A DNA stretch of 63,976 nt, the filler included, from Corallochytrium limacisporum Hawaii (lineage: Eukaryota > Protista > Pluriformea), in the NCBI GenBank assembly GCA_002811645.1. It is 5 parts of 5 records of this genome, joined end to end, with 100 filler letters (N's around TTAATTAATTAA, not from the genome) between each part and the next. Parts side by side here need not be neighbours in the genome. Positions count along the whole stretch, not along the records: positions 1 to 25,583 come from PDIP01000156.1; positions 25,684 to 43,161 come from PDIP01000168.1; 3 more parts are not named here. One strand, 5' to 3'. The position numbers and the translations under genes are program-made. Below the pieces are notes generated by a model. It saw nothing but the letters and a program-made list of their open reading frames with translations, was not told where the DNA came from and did not search any database. Of this stretch, positions 21,710 through 33,500 are shown piece after piece. Numbering within the stretch: the stretch's first letter is position 1; every line of letters begins with the position of its first letter.

Positions 21710-24043
21710 TTACATGGCAGCCTTCATGCGGTTCAGGGCGGAACCGTGCTTGAACCATTCGATCTGAGCGTCGTTGAAGGTGTGGTTCAGCTTGATGTCA
21801 ATGGCAGAGCCGTCGGGCTTGGTGACCTTGGCGTCGACCTGCTTGCCGGGTGCGAAGCCCTTCAGGGTCAGGGAGACGCGGTCCTCAGGGTTGATCTTGT
21901 CATAGTCGGCGGGGTCCGCAAAGGTCAGAGGCAGCATACCCTGCTTCTTCAGGTTGGTCTCGTGAATGCGAGCGAAGGACTTGACGATGATTGCCTTACC
22001 ACCCAGGTAGCGGGGCTCCAGAGCGGCGTGCTCGCGGGAGGATCCCTCACCGTAGTTGTCATCGCCGACCACAACCCAGCCAATACCATTAGCCTTGTAG
22101 GCGCGGGCAGTGTCCGGGACCGCACCGTACTCGCCGGTGATCTGGTTCTTGACGTTGTTGGCCTCACCATTCTCGTCGTTGATAGCACCGATCAGCATAT
22201 TGTTGGAGATGTTCTCCAGGTGGCCACGGTACTTGAGCCAGGGACCAGCCATCGAGATATGGTCAGTGGTGCACTTGCCGCGGGCCTTGATAAGAATAGG
22301 CAGCTCCTCCAGATCCTTGCCGTCCCAGTTGTTGAAGGGGGAGAGCAGCTGCAGGCGCTGAGAGCTGGGATCCACCTGCACGGACACGTTGGAGCCGTCC
22401 TCGGGAGGGTGCTGGTAGGTGTTCTCACCGGCGTCAAAGCCGCGGCTGGGCAGCTCGTCCGCGTAGGGAGCCTTCAGCTTGAAGGGACCGTTGGCGCCCT
22501 CCAGGGTGTCGGTCTCGGGGTTGAAGCCAAGGGACCCGGCCATGGCCATGGCAGTGACCATTTCGGGGGAGGCGACAAAGGCGTGGGTGGCGGGGTTGGA
22601 GTCGTTGCGGGCGGTGAAGTTACGGTTGAAGGAAGTGATGATGGAGTTCACGTCACCCTTCTTCACGTCCTGACGATCCCACTGACCGATGCACGGGCCG
22701 CAGGCATTCGCCAGGACTGTGCCACCGACCTTCTCCAGGGTCTCACTGATGCCGTCGCGTGCAATGGTGGCACGGACCTGCTCGGAACCGGGGGTAATGG
22801 TGAAAATGCTCTTAGCCTTGCCGCCGTTGTCAATGACCTGTTGGGCGATGGCAGCCGAGCGGCCCATATCCTCGTAGGAAGAGTTGGTGCAGGAACCGAT
22901 CAAACCAACGGACAGTTTCTCAGGCCAGCCCTCCTTGGCAATAGCATCCTTGAACTTGGACAAAGGCCAGGCCAAATCGGGGGTGAAGGGACCGTTGATG
23001 TGGGGTTCGAGCTCGCTCAGATTGATCTCGATGAGCTGGTCGTAGTTGGCACCCTCATCAGGCTGGAGCAGACCCATGTACTTGTTGGCTTCCTGGGCAA
23101 TACCGGAGCGCTCCGTCGCGTTCAGATACTTCTCCATGCGGGAACCGTAAGGGAAAATGGAGGTTGTGGCACCAATCTCAGCACCCATGTTGCAGACGGT
23201 GGCCATACCGGTGCAGCTCATGGACTCGACGCCGGGTCCGAAGTACTCGACAATGGCACCCGTGCCTCCCTTGACCGTGAGGATGCCAGCAACCTTAAGG
23301 ATCACATCCTTGGGGCTGGTCCAGCCGCTCAGCTGACCCGTCAGCTTGACACCAATTACCTTAGGGCACTTCAGTTCCCAGGGGAGACCGGCCATGACAT
23401 CGACGGCATCGGCACCACCGACACCAACACAGACACCACCAAGACCGCCACCGTTGGGAGTGTGGGAATCAGTACCAATCATCATCACACCGGGGAATGC
23501 GTAGTTCTCCAGGACAATCTGGTGAATGATACCGGAACCGGGCTTCCAGAAACCGACGCCGTACTTGGCACCAGCAGTGGCCAGGAAATCGTACACCTCC
23601 TTGTTGCTGTCCTTGGCACGGTTGAGATCAGCCTGAGATCCGTCGCGGGCCTCAATCAAATGATCACAGTGAATGGTAGAGGGGACGGCGACCTTAGGGA
23701 GGCCAGAGGAGATGAACTGAAGCATGGCCATCTGGGCAGTAGCGTCCTGCATGGCGACGCGATCGGGACGCAGCATTAGGTAGGACTCACCACGAGCAAT
23801 GTCTTGCTCCTTGGGGTTGTCCAAATGGCTGTATACGATCTTCTCAGCGAGAGTGAGGGGACCACCGAGACGGTCCTTGATAATCTCCAGGTTCTTCTGG
23901 AGCTTCTCGTAGGGAAGAGGAGACTTGTCGTACTTGCTCATGTACACAGGGCCGGCAGCGTACGCACGGCTCTGGTTGAGCAGAGTCTTCAGGGCCACGC
24001 CGGCGGGGCGGAAGGCCTTAGCAGGCTGCTTGAACATCACCAT
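21710..24043 (-). CDS. ACO2: Mitochondrial aconitate hydratase
   Basis: Presequence, [76 protein letters not shown]; strong codon bias. Confidence 0.98.
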   Translation of the reverse strand: MVMFKQPAKAFRPAGVALKTLLNQSRAYAAGPVYMSKYDKSPLPYEKLQKNLEIIKDRLGGPLTLAEKIVYSHLDNPKEQDIARGESYLMLRPDRVAMQDATAQMAMLQFISSGLPKVAVPSTIHCDHLIEARDGSQADLNRAKDSNKEVYDFLATAGAKYGVGFWKPGSGIIHQIVLENYAFPGVMMIGTDSHTPNGGGLGGVCVGVGGADAVDVMAGLPWELKCPKVIGVKLTGQLSGWTSPKDVILKVAGILTVKGGTGAIVEYFGPGVESMSCTGMATVCNMGAEIGATTSIFPYGSRMEKYLNATERSGIAQEANKYMGLLQPDEGANYDQLIEINLSELEPHINGPFTPDLAWPLSKFKDAIAKEGWPEKLSVGLIGSCTNSSYEDMGRSAAIAQQVIDNGGKAKSIFTITPGSEQVRATIARDGISETLEKVGGTVLANACGPCIGQWDRQDVKKGDVNSIITSFNRNFTARNDSNPATHAFVASPEMVTAMAMAGSLGFNPETDTLEGANGPFKLKAPYADELPSRGFDAGENTYQHPPEDGSNVSVQVDPSSQRLQLLSPFNNWDGKDLEELPILIKARGKCTTDHISMAGPWLKYRGHLENISNNMLIGAINDENGEANNVKNQITGEYGAVPDTARAYKANGIGWVVVGDDNYGEGSSREHAALEPRYLGGKAIIVKSFARIHETNLKKQGMLPLTFADPADYDKINPEDRVSLTLKGFAPGKQVDAKVTKPDGSAIDIKLNHTFNDAQIEWFKHGSALNRMKAAM

Positions 24044-24107
24044 AGTTTTGAAATCTAAACAAGATAATCGCCCGGCTGATGCAAACTTTGTTTACAGTAA
24101 GCGTTGT

Positions 24108-24135
24108 CTTTGCTGATTACACTGATCAGCGAAAG
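24108..24135 (-). promoter_or_regulatory. IRE-like stem-loop in the presumed 5' leader of aconitase
   Basis: Minus strand CUUU-C-GCUGAU-CAGUGU-A-AUCAGC-AAAG: 4-bp lower stem, bulged C, 6-bp upper stem, CAGUGU loop; 65 nt upstream of the ATG. Confidence 0.4.
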
Positions 24136-24721
24136 TTCTTTGAGATGGTATTCCCTTTAGTTGTACTTTCGTTGATTTCTAAGATAGCCAACCCTTTCGT
24201 CTTGCTGAACCAGGCAAAAAGAAAAGGAAGTGTACTTTCAAAGACGATGGGAACAACGAAGGCCGTGTATGCCCGGGGTAACGGTATCTCGCAAATAGCT
24301 TTTCTGCGACTTGTTTCGTTCACGGCTGAATCGTACTATCCCACCAGCTGAAGTGCAAGGCACAGTCTAACGAGGTCCCCTGGTGGCTCTTTCTCTGTAA
24401 TCGCGGAGAAACCAGAAACCGTGCAAGCACGCCGCTGCTGAACCGTTTAAAAAAAGATCACAGGTCATTGTGACGAGCCACCCCTCTGCCCGAGGGCTGC
24501 CTCCCTCTTCGGTTGCATGCTCCCACTTTGAACACGTCTCTATTTTGCAGAAGACGAAAACTGTAACGTTTGCTGCGAGCACGCCGCGTATGCACGGGCC
24601 CTAAGGAAAGAACAAAAGGGTGCAAATAAACAGGGAAACAAAGAGACACGGAGAGAGAGAGAGAGAGTGGAGACACACACACACACACACAACACACAGG
24701 GCTGCCAGCCAGCGGGCGAGA

Positions 24722-24755
<34 letters not shown>

Positions 24756-25543
24756 GGGATGTGATCAGCCACCATCATCAAATTTGCAGGACAACAAATT
24801 CGTGAAACCGGCACCGCCCTGCTGCTCCCCAGCTCCGGAATCGTTGGCCCCCTCCCCCCGGGGGCCCCCTTTACCCCGGAACCGAACCAGAAACGAAGAG
24901 CAAAAGATTAAACGTAAACATGGAAAACAAATAAAAAAACACAGCTAGGGAAGTGGGCGATAGCAAAAAGCACACACTCACACTTACACAGTAAAACTCG
25001 CACGCCCGACCCAAAGTAAAAGAAAAGGATGCCAAAAATAACACACGCACTGCGAGGTGATAATTGAGAAAAAGGGTGGCACGAAGGGAATGAATTGGGC
25101 AGGCGAAATGGAAAGGAAAAATGAAGAAGTCGAATGTACCAACGCGAAGGGAAACGAAGCCAAAACAAAAAGACGAACACAGCCCAAAGAGGGTGTTTAC
25201 ACTACCACTTGTTTTGTTTCCTTGTACTTCACACAGATGCCCACGGGGACCACTCCCGGGGATGTGCGTGCTTGAGATTTGAGGTTTCTGTACTTGCACG
25301 TCCACACAAACAAGCTTGGCCCGGTTTTTGTTGCAGGCGGACGGCGTGCATCCACTTTGCGGTGAATGGGTGTGTAGGGTATACTGCTTGTGTGGTATGC
25401 CCCTACCGGCTTTCGTGTGTGACTTGCATGTCAATCCGTTTCGGATGAAGTGTGTGGTGTACGTACAAGGAACCATGGCGAGGACGTCGAGGGATAGATG
25501 ACTGATGGTGATGATGATCGTTCCGGAGTATTTGATTGATCGT

Positions 25544-25544
<1 letters not shown>

Positions 25545-25583
<39 letters not shown>
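25545..25583. repeat. (CA)n microsatellite ending contig A
   Basis: Direct reading; further CA and GA tracts at about 24651-24752. Confidence 0.95.
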
Positions 25584-25683
25584 NNNNNNNNNNNNNNNNN
25601 NNNNNNNNNNNNNNNNNNNNNNNNNNNTTAATTAATTAANNNNNNNNNNNNNNNNNNNNNNNNNNNNNNNNNNNNNNNNNNNN
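25584..25683. other. Artificial contig spacer
   Basis: 44 N + TTAATTAATTAA (stops in all six frames) + 44 N = 100 nt. Confidence 0.97.
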
Positions 25684-26380
25684 AGAGAGAGAGAGAGAGA
25701 GAGAGTCGTGTTGTTCTCTCCATCCACCAGCGATCACACTTGGTCATACGAAAGCAATAGGAAAGAGAGCAGGTGGACGCATCTAAGGCACTGTTGAACA
25801 ACGACGAAGACAAAATTTTGAAATTGCTTTGCAGTGGAGATTACAACGATTCCGTCCTCCTTCTCTCAAATCACTCCCCCTATCTCTCGCTGTGTGTGTG
25901 TGCACAGCAGCCTTTTACTATACTTACTCCCAACCCGCTCGGAAAATACAGAAGAAGGTGGGTGGGTGTGTTTAAGAGCAACAGGGAAGGAAAAAAAAGA
26001 GGGAGAGTCAAAATTACAACTTACGAAGCAATTAAAAATGCTTAAGGAGTCAAACTAACAACGACCATGGAGAAAAGGGGAGAAAAAAATCGACATTGGT
26101 ACTTAACTACCACCACCACTCTGTTCCCCCTCCCCCAAAGGGTCCTTGGTTTCCATTCCCTAATTACTTTTCTACCGTTCAAGCAGGGGTTTTGTTGTTG
26201 GGAACCGGTCGAGTCGGCGTCGGTGGCCCTTGCAATTTTTTTTTCCTTTTTTTCCCTTTGGGCCTCCTCCGGCCTCCCTTCCCCCTTCTTTATCTCCTGC
26301 TGATATCTCTCCCTGCCGCCTCCCTCCCCCCTCCCCTCTCTCCTCCGCCTTTCTTTGTCCATCACCGTGTCTCCCTCAGA

Positions 26381-26487
26381 TCTCTGTCTCTGTCTCTGTC
26401 TCTGTCTCTGTCTCTGTCTCTGTCTCTGTCTCTGTCTCTGTCTCTGTCTCTGTCTCTGTCTCTGTGTGTGTGTGTGTGTGTGTGTGT
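26381..26487. repeat. (TCTCTG)n hexanucleotide repeat followed by (TG)n
   Basis: Direct reading. Confidence 0.95.
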
Positions 26488-27534
26488 CTTTGGTTTTTAC
26501 TTTTTTCTGTTTTCGTTTTTATTCTTTCTTTGCTCTTTTGCCTTTTCGTTGTGTAGTCGAGAGAGAGAGACCCGCGAAAGGGAAAAGAAGGAGAATAAAA
26601 AGGGGGAAAAGAAAAAAAGGAGAGAAACAAAATGTAAGAAAGAAAGTGACAAAAGCAAGGCAAAGGCCAAAAAATAAATAGAGCGGGTGTATCCGACATT
26701 CCAACCCAAAAGAAAAAAATAAAGAAAGGAGAGATAATAAGAAAATGAGGGGAGAGGAGAAAAAGCACCGGCGCGTCCGGTCCTTCTCCCACCTTCCCCT
26801 CCCTCCCTCTCTCTCTCTCCTTTTTTTTCAACTCCCGCCGTTCTTCCCCCTTCCCTCTCCGGCCCCCCCCNNNNNNNNNNNNNNNNNNNNNNNNNNNNNN
26901 NNNNNNNNNNNNNNNNNTTTTTCACCCCCCGCCGTTCTTCCCCCTTCCCTCTCCGGCCCCCCCCCCTTCCCCTTCCCCTTCCTCCTCGCACTCCCCCTCC
27001 TCCTCACCCCTTCTCTCTGTCGCTGTGGTCCTGTTTCCCCTTGCGAACCTTTAGAAAAAAAACACACACACACGCACACACACGCACACACACACAGGGG
27101 GTGTCGTCATATTGTGCGCCTGTTGCGTCTGCGGGTAAAGATGGCGCACTCTTCGTTGCCAAAATCTATGGCCATCAGTGTTTCTGTGAAATAACAAGAA
27201 TCTTGGACAGGACAGGAACGCGTCAAATGGGACAAAGAGCAGATGGTACAATTGCTTCGAAGCTCCCGGCCTTTCGTTTGTTGTCCCATGCGAGCAAAGG
27301 TATTCGAGAGCGCAAGCTGTGCGACTCTTCGATCGTTTGTAACAGACAAAAACTTATGAGCGCTTGATCCAGTGAAACGAGACACAGAAAGGTGCAAACA
27401 AGAAATTACAAAGGTGTCAAAGAGAAGCAATCTAAAGACCAACCGAATGCCGTAAATAAAGCAGGAATCCCAGTCATTCAGTAGCGTAACAACCAGGCAC
27501 AGCGTGTGTTACACATTCTGACCAGAGACAGAAA

Positions 27535-29754
27535 ATGCAGGCTCCACCCCGGGCAGCGCGTGCGGGCGGTACACCTCCAGCACTGCAACGCAGGGTGCCC
27601 CACTTGGAGCTAGATACTGGTAGCGATAATTACCTGGCACTGGGCAGCAGAGATGGCAGTCCCAGACCCGCCAGTCTGCCCCAGAGTCCCCGGCAGAACA
27701 ATCTCCCCGCTAATGAACCTCGGGCAGGCGTCGAGTGTCCTCGGCCTCTGGGCGCACGTATGCAGTCGTTCATGAAGAATTCATTCGAGTCCTTGTTCTC
27801 GCCACGGCCAGAGAAGCAGCAGACGCCTCTCACCGAGTTCTTCTATGCCAATATGAATTTCCGGCAGACCGTCAAGGAACTGGAGGCCGCCTCCGAGGAG
27901 GAGCACCAGTTGGCCGTGATTGAAAAATTGCACGAGCACCAGGCAGCGGTGCTGGACTGCATCGAAAAGGTTTTCGCAGACGTCAATGACCCACGGTTGG
28001 GCCGGGAGTACCGGCTTAAGTTCCCCTCGGAGGTGCAGAACGAACTGAACAGCACTTTCTGGGAAACACTGCTCTTTGCCGCGGAACTGATCGCCGACGG
28101 TCGGGTACTGGAAGGCCGCGAGCGTGCAACCGAGGCTCTGCGCCCGGCAGCGATGGCCCTGTGTAATGCATTCGAGGCCATCAACCAGACGCTACGGGAG
28201 CAGGCCAAGCGGGACCCGACGCGCTACTCACCCAAGGTGCGCTACGCTCTCCGTCACTTTGACACGTGCTGGACCACGTTCGAGAATTTATACGTGAGGG
28301 CCATTGTGCCTTGCAAGTCAAGCAAAGAATACGACGACAAGCAGCACCTCACTGTGATCATGTCGGAGAGTGTACAGCAGGGTATTGAGCAGGGAATCCT
28401 GACCAGGGACATGATTGACGAGTGTGACCCGAAGGCTTTCCTTAGTGTGCCCCGCCTGGCCATCCTGTCCGCCACTCTGCTGGACCCGAAGAGCATGGAA
28501 GGCTTCAGCATCATGAAGCCCTACGTACAGAAGTTGCGTCACATCCGGCAGCAGCTCTCCCTGCTCAATGAGGAGGACTTGGCCCAACTGCGAGAGATTC
28601 TGGCCGACCACGAGAGCGCACCGAGCCCGGAGGCGGTGCGCCGAAGCCTGGACAAGTACGACAACAGGCGTCTGAGCAACGCAATGGCCGAAGCTGAGAT
28701 TAACAGCACTGGAGAGCACAAGGAAGCCACGGAGAGTCCTGAAATCAGGGCCGCACGCATCGCTGTCGTCCACGAACTCTTCAAAGACATTGCCGCCATC
28801 AGTTCCCAGCTGAGCAGCGGCAAGAACAGCACGGAATTCCGTGACATTCTGGCTACCGTCTTCCGCATCAATCAGACGGACCCATACGGTGACCCCGACG
28901 AGGAAGACGACGAAGAAACGGTCGACGCTGTGGTCAGTGTGACGGGCGTCAATGCGGACAGTGCCACCGTCGGCGAGGACGACAGCGACACGCTCCACGA
29001 CCTCAGCGACCAAGCCATCGAGCGCAACCGCCGGCGGAGCCTCTCCCGGCAGGGCAGTGTGGACCCCGACCATCCGGCGACCTCCGACGGCACCTCTGGC
29101 CAGGCCTCAGGCACCGATTCCGAAGCGGAGGAGGCACCGATTGAACAGTTCCAACGTCTCAGTATGACGCTCATGGAACACCAGAAGGCCACTCGCGAGG
29201 CCCTGGAAAAGAGCATGAATGAGGAGGACAACACCATTGCCTCCCGCTCGTCCTTTGTGGACGAGGCTGACCTACCAGTGGTGGTGACCGGAAAGGGCAA
29301 GTCGAAGAGCGGCACGGCGGACACGCAAAAGAATTGGAAGAAGAACAGTGATGCTCCGGACTGTGCCTACTGTGAAGTTGAATTTACCATTCTGCGCCGG
29401 CGGCACCACTGTCGGTGCTGCGGGGATGTCTTTTGCCATGACTGCACGCGCCACGTGTACCCTATTCCCGAGCTCGGTCACCACGAGCCCGTGCGTGTAT
29501 GTGACTCGTGCCACCGTCAGCTGGTCGAAAAAGAGCGGCAGCGTATCCAGCGGGAGATTGTGGTCATGGACCGGTACCAGAGGAAGGACAAGAAGGAAAA
29601 GAAGGACAAGAAGGAAGAAAAGCGCAGGTCCAGGGCGAGCAAGAAGGGATCCACGTCCTCATCATCGTCCTCGGGTAGCAACCCAACCGGTAGCACGCGT
29701 AACACCAATGGACTGCCCACCACCCCTCGGGAGGCGCGCATGCCTCGGTCCTGA
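27535..29754 (+). CDS. ZFYVE28: Lateral signaling target 2 homolog (LST2/ZFYVE28), FYVE-domain protein
   Basis: N-terminal block YRLKFP...LFAAELIADG...LRP.A..L...LREQAKRD...Y...ALRHFD...FENLYV.AIVP.KS..EY...LTRDMIDECDP...SVPRLAI matches LST2 as I recall it; FYVE RRRHHCRCCG...PVRVC. Confidence 0.85.
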   Translation: MQAPPRAARAGGTPPALQRRVPHLELDTGSDNYLALGSRDGSPRPASLPQSPRQNNLPANEPRAGVECPRPLGARMQSFMKNSFESLFSPRPEKQQTPLTEFFYANMNFRQTVKELEAASEEEHQLAVIEKLHEHQAAVLDCIEKVFADVNDPRLGREYRLKFPSEVQNELNSTFWETLLFAAELIADGRVLEGRERATEALRPAAMALCNAFEAINQTLREQAKRDPTRYSPKVRYALRHFDTCWTTFENLYVRAIVPCKSSKEYDDKQHLTVIMSESVQQGIEQGILTRDMIDECDPKAFLSVPRLAILSATLLDPKSMEGFSIMKPYVQKLRHIRQQLSLLNEEDLAQLREILADHESAPSPEAVRRSLDKYDNRRLSNAMAEAEINSTGEHKEATESPEIRAARIAVVHELFKDIAAISSQLSSGKNSTEFRDILATVFRINQTDPYGDPDEEDDEETVDAVVSVTGVNADSATVGEDDSDTLHDLSDQAIERNRRRSLSRQGSVDPDHPATSDGTSGQASGTDSEAEEAPIEQFQRLSMTLMEHQKATREALEKSMNEEDNTIASRSSFVDEADLPVVVTGKGKSKSGTADTQKNWKKNSDAPDCAYCEVEFTILRRRHHCRCCGDVFCHDCTRHVYPIPELGHHEPVRVCDSCHRQLVEKERQRIQREIVVMDRYQRKDKKEKKDKKEEKRRSRASKKGSTSSSSSSGSNPTGSTRNTNGLPTTPREARMPRS

Positions 29755-30510
29755 GCCACCTGCCTTGGCTTTGTTCAATACATCTATATGTATATATATA
29801 TATGCAAATAAACCCGCAGGCCAAATGTCATGTTCCATTACCCTCACACGTACAGGATAAACGCAATTCGATCCCCCTCCCTCCCTGTGGGTCAAACTCC
29901 CTCGCGTTCTTTGAAGCTTTCTTGCTTTGCTTTTGTTGAAAAGCAAAAACTTTTTTGGACCTTCCTTGGTTCTCGGATTACTGGGCCACCCATTCCACCC
30001 TGCCAACACCCCTCCCCCGCGGGGGGGGGGGTTCTCTTCTCCAAAGCACCGGCCCCCCTCGCTTCTCCACACACACAGGCACACACTCACACAACCCCCC
30101 CCCTCCCAGGGTCCTCTTCTCACCTCGCGCAGCAGCACACGCCTCAGCTGTCCTCCTGCTCCCCCCTCTCTCACCAATTCCACCGCAAGGCCACAGACAT
30201 CCAGCCCAGCCAAAGCCATTCGAGGGTTTTATTTGTCGATCGGAGCTAGGCGCTTAGTGCTTTTGAAGGGCAACGACCACGCCAGACGACCATGACAGTG
30301 GAAACACGTCCAGCACAACAACCGCGGGCTAGAAGAAGAACGGAATTCTTTTGGTTCTGTCTTTCTTTCCTCAATCTGATGGTAAGCGGCATGAAACTGT
30401 GCATAGCCAAAAGTTCCATCATGCGGTCTTGGCGGTGACAAGGTGAAAGACAAGTGGGAAATGAATTCGGGTGTGAAGGGGATAAAGAGAGCATTCTGGG
30501 CGCACTCGCT

Positions 30511-33500
30511 ATGCAACGGTGGACCACAGCGCTGTTACGGCGGCACTTTGTGGATTACTTTGCGAACCATGCCGCCGTAAAGCACCGACCGACACCGGGC
30601 GCCTCAGTGGTTCCGCAGGCGGGTGACCGGTCCTTGCTGTTTGTTAATGCAGGAATGGTGCAGTTTAGAAATGTATTCAGCGGCAACGAGGAGCCCAAGG
30701 TCCCAGCCGCCACGAGTATCCAGCGTTGTATCCGCGCTGGTGGCAAGCACAACGACCTCAGCCAGGTCGGGTACACTGCTCGGCACCACACCATGTTTGA
30801 GATGCTGGGCACGTTCGGGTTCCGGAACGCCTACTCCAAGGACCAAACTATTGCCATGGCCTGGGACTACCTGACTGGACCGGGACCAGCCAGACTGGCC
30901 TTACCGCAGCACCAACTGGTCGTGTCCGTGCACCGCGAAGACAAGGAAAGCTACGATATTTGGCATCGGTCCGTTGGGATTCCCCCGGCTCGGATCCTTA
31001 GACTCGGGGACGAAGACAATTTTTGGAGTGCAGGAGATGGCCCAGGTCCATGTGGTCATAGCACGGAAATTTTTTGGTGGCACAAGGCACCAGACTATCC
31101 AACGGCCGGGTCCACAACCGCTGCAACATCCACAGACCATCCGACTCCACGGGAAGAGGATCTCCTTGAGATATGGAACCTAGTCTTCATGAACAAACAG
31201 CGGCGTAAAGCACCGGATGGATCGTTGGTCGTGGAGAATGCGCCCCCTGAGTTGGGTATGCAGGTGGACACGGGAATGGGCCTCGAACGTCTGGCGAGTG
31301 TGCTGCAGGGCGCGAGGCCAGAGGAAGGCAGTTGGGCCAGTGATGGCTTCCGCGAACTGGAGGCCGGAATTGCCACCGCCCTGGGCCTATCCTACGTCGA
31401 TGGTCGGCTGCTCTCTGCGGCCGGCACCGGGGGATCGATGAGTGCAGCAGCAGTTCCCTTGCTGCGCATAACTGCGGACCATCTACGCACGGTCAGCGCT
31501 CTGGTGGCGGAGGGCCTGTCGGTCGGACCGACGGGCCGGGACTATGTTGTTCGTCGCCTGGCAAGACGTCTAATTGCGGCGGTGCACAATTTAGAAGGAC
31601 TGTATGTCGGTAGCGCTGCGGATGAGAGTTTACCGGCTCGTTCGCCGCGGCCACAGCTGTTGCTGCCCCGACTCTGCGATGTCCTGACGGAGACATTAAC
31701 CGCACAGGATGCCGAGCACTGGCAGGACATTATTGCGTCTGCAGATGGATTGAAGAGCATGCTGACTGCGGAAGAGCAGGGCTTCTTGGACCTTCTGCGC
31801 AAAGGCACAGAGCACCTTATGTCGGCCATCGAAAAAACGGGAGGTACGGTCAGTGCAGATGAATTGTTTACATTGCATGACTCACATGGCCTCCCCCTCG
31901 AAGTAGCTGAGATGCTTCTGACCACCAGGGGCCTAACCTATGATGCACCGGGCGTGGAGGCACTGATGGCCCTGCAGCGACAGCGATCGCGAGATGATCA
32001 AGCTGCCGGTGGCGGGGTCACGGGTGCAGGTGCACTGAATGCCACTCACGGCGCTGCAAGCGGTCCGTTCTTTGACACCGGCAGCGCACAGGTCGTGGAG
32101 ATCGAATCGATGGCATTGGCAATCGGCAGCGGTGGCGTCGGCTCATTTGTTAATGATGCCGTAGACGCAACCGCTGCGGCAACCGTCGAGGCCGAAGTGC
32201 GAGGCGTGCGGAGGGACGTGCGGGATGCCTCAATGCTTTGGCTCGCCCTGAATCCCTGCCCATTCTACGCGGAGGGTGGTGGACAGATTGCGGACCACGG
32301 CTCTGTGGCAGTGTTGGGTGGCTCAGCAGACTCGGACTCGCCCTTGTGTGCGACCGTCTGTGATGTCCAAATGGTTGATGGCCACACTCCAGCGGTGTGT
32401 GTACAATTGCCGGATAGGAGTGCCTCAGGGGACACCAGCAATCCAGTGTCCCTTTCGGTTGGCACGAAAGTGCGGTGTGTCGTGGACCACGAACGTCGTA
32501 ATGACCTGGCTGTTCACCACACTGCCACTCACGTCCTCGGTGCCGCGCTGCGGAACGTCTTGTTGCGGCCACAGATGTCAGCGGGGTCTGGTGCGGAGGG
32601 CTCAGAGCCTGGGCGACAGGAAGCGCGGTCACCAGGCAAGCCGACGAAGAACAATGGGAGAGGAAAAAGCGCGAGGGCACTACAATCGCCCGTCCAAGTG
32701 TCCAGTATTACGCAGGCTGGCTCGCTGGTCGAGCCGCACCGATTGCGTTTTGACTTTTTCTTCCCACGTGCCCTGACCAGCACGGAATTGGCTGCCATAG
32801 AGGATTTCATGAATGATGTCGGGCGTAGAGGTGGATCCCTGGCAGTCATGGAAATGGACTTGCAGGAAGCGGTCCACGAGCACGGTGCCGTGGCCCATTT
32901 CCAGGACAAGGGCGTCTATGAGAGCAAAGGGAAGGCCTCAGGCAACAGCGATTCCCACGTCCGCGTCGTGGAGATCCCAGGGGTGAGTATTGAACTCTGT
33001 GGTGGCTGCCACGTTCCTGATGTGAGCCGTATTTGGCCCGTGGTGCTGGCCAGTGAAACAAGTTGCGGTAAGGGAAAGCGGCGCATTGAAGCCCACGCTG
33101 GAGATGCGGCGGTACGCTATCTCCGTCACAGTCGCCAGGCAGCAGTCGATGCAACGCGGGCGTTGGGGGGCAAAGTACCGAACCTGCCGGCACTGTCTTC
33201 CGCATCTTCCGCAGATGGAGATTGGCTCCGGGGCGAAGCCCTCACTTCTGCCCTGGCGCTGGCCACCAGCATGGCCACTAAGCGAGGCCAGGACGCTACG
33301 GACCGTGCTAAGACGCTCAAAACGCTACTGGTGCGGGCTGTCACGCCGACCGAACCGACGGCCACAACCACACTCGTCGGTCAGACAGCCGCACTGTTTG
33401 TTCTCGGCGGCAGCAGCGACCCCGAAGGTCTGCGCAATGTCCTGCAGGCCCTTGGTCCGAACGTTGTGCTTAAGGACGCCTATGGGCTGCTCCAGACGCA

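Noticed and set aside
21746-23779. 677-aa ORF antisense to aconitase (also antisense or alternative-frame ORFs over RPL13, RPS16, LST2 and HSF)
   Set aside because: Expected shadow of strong codon bias in the real gene; no recognisable domains.
25628-25639. TTAATTAATTAA motif recurring four times
   Set aside because: Always centred in a 100-nt N spacer; an artificial six-frame stop linker.
25905-25925. GCCTTTTAC matching U5 snRNA loop 1
   Set aside because: The flanks do not form the closing stem and no Sm site follows.
24458-27200. Many short ORFs with VCVC, SLSL or ETET repeats
   Set aside because: Translations of microsatellites and low-complexity DNA.
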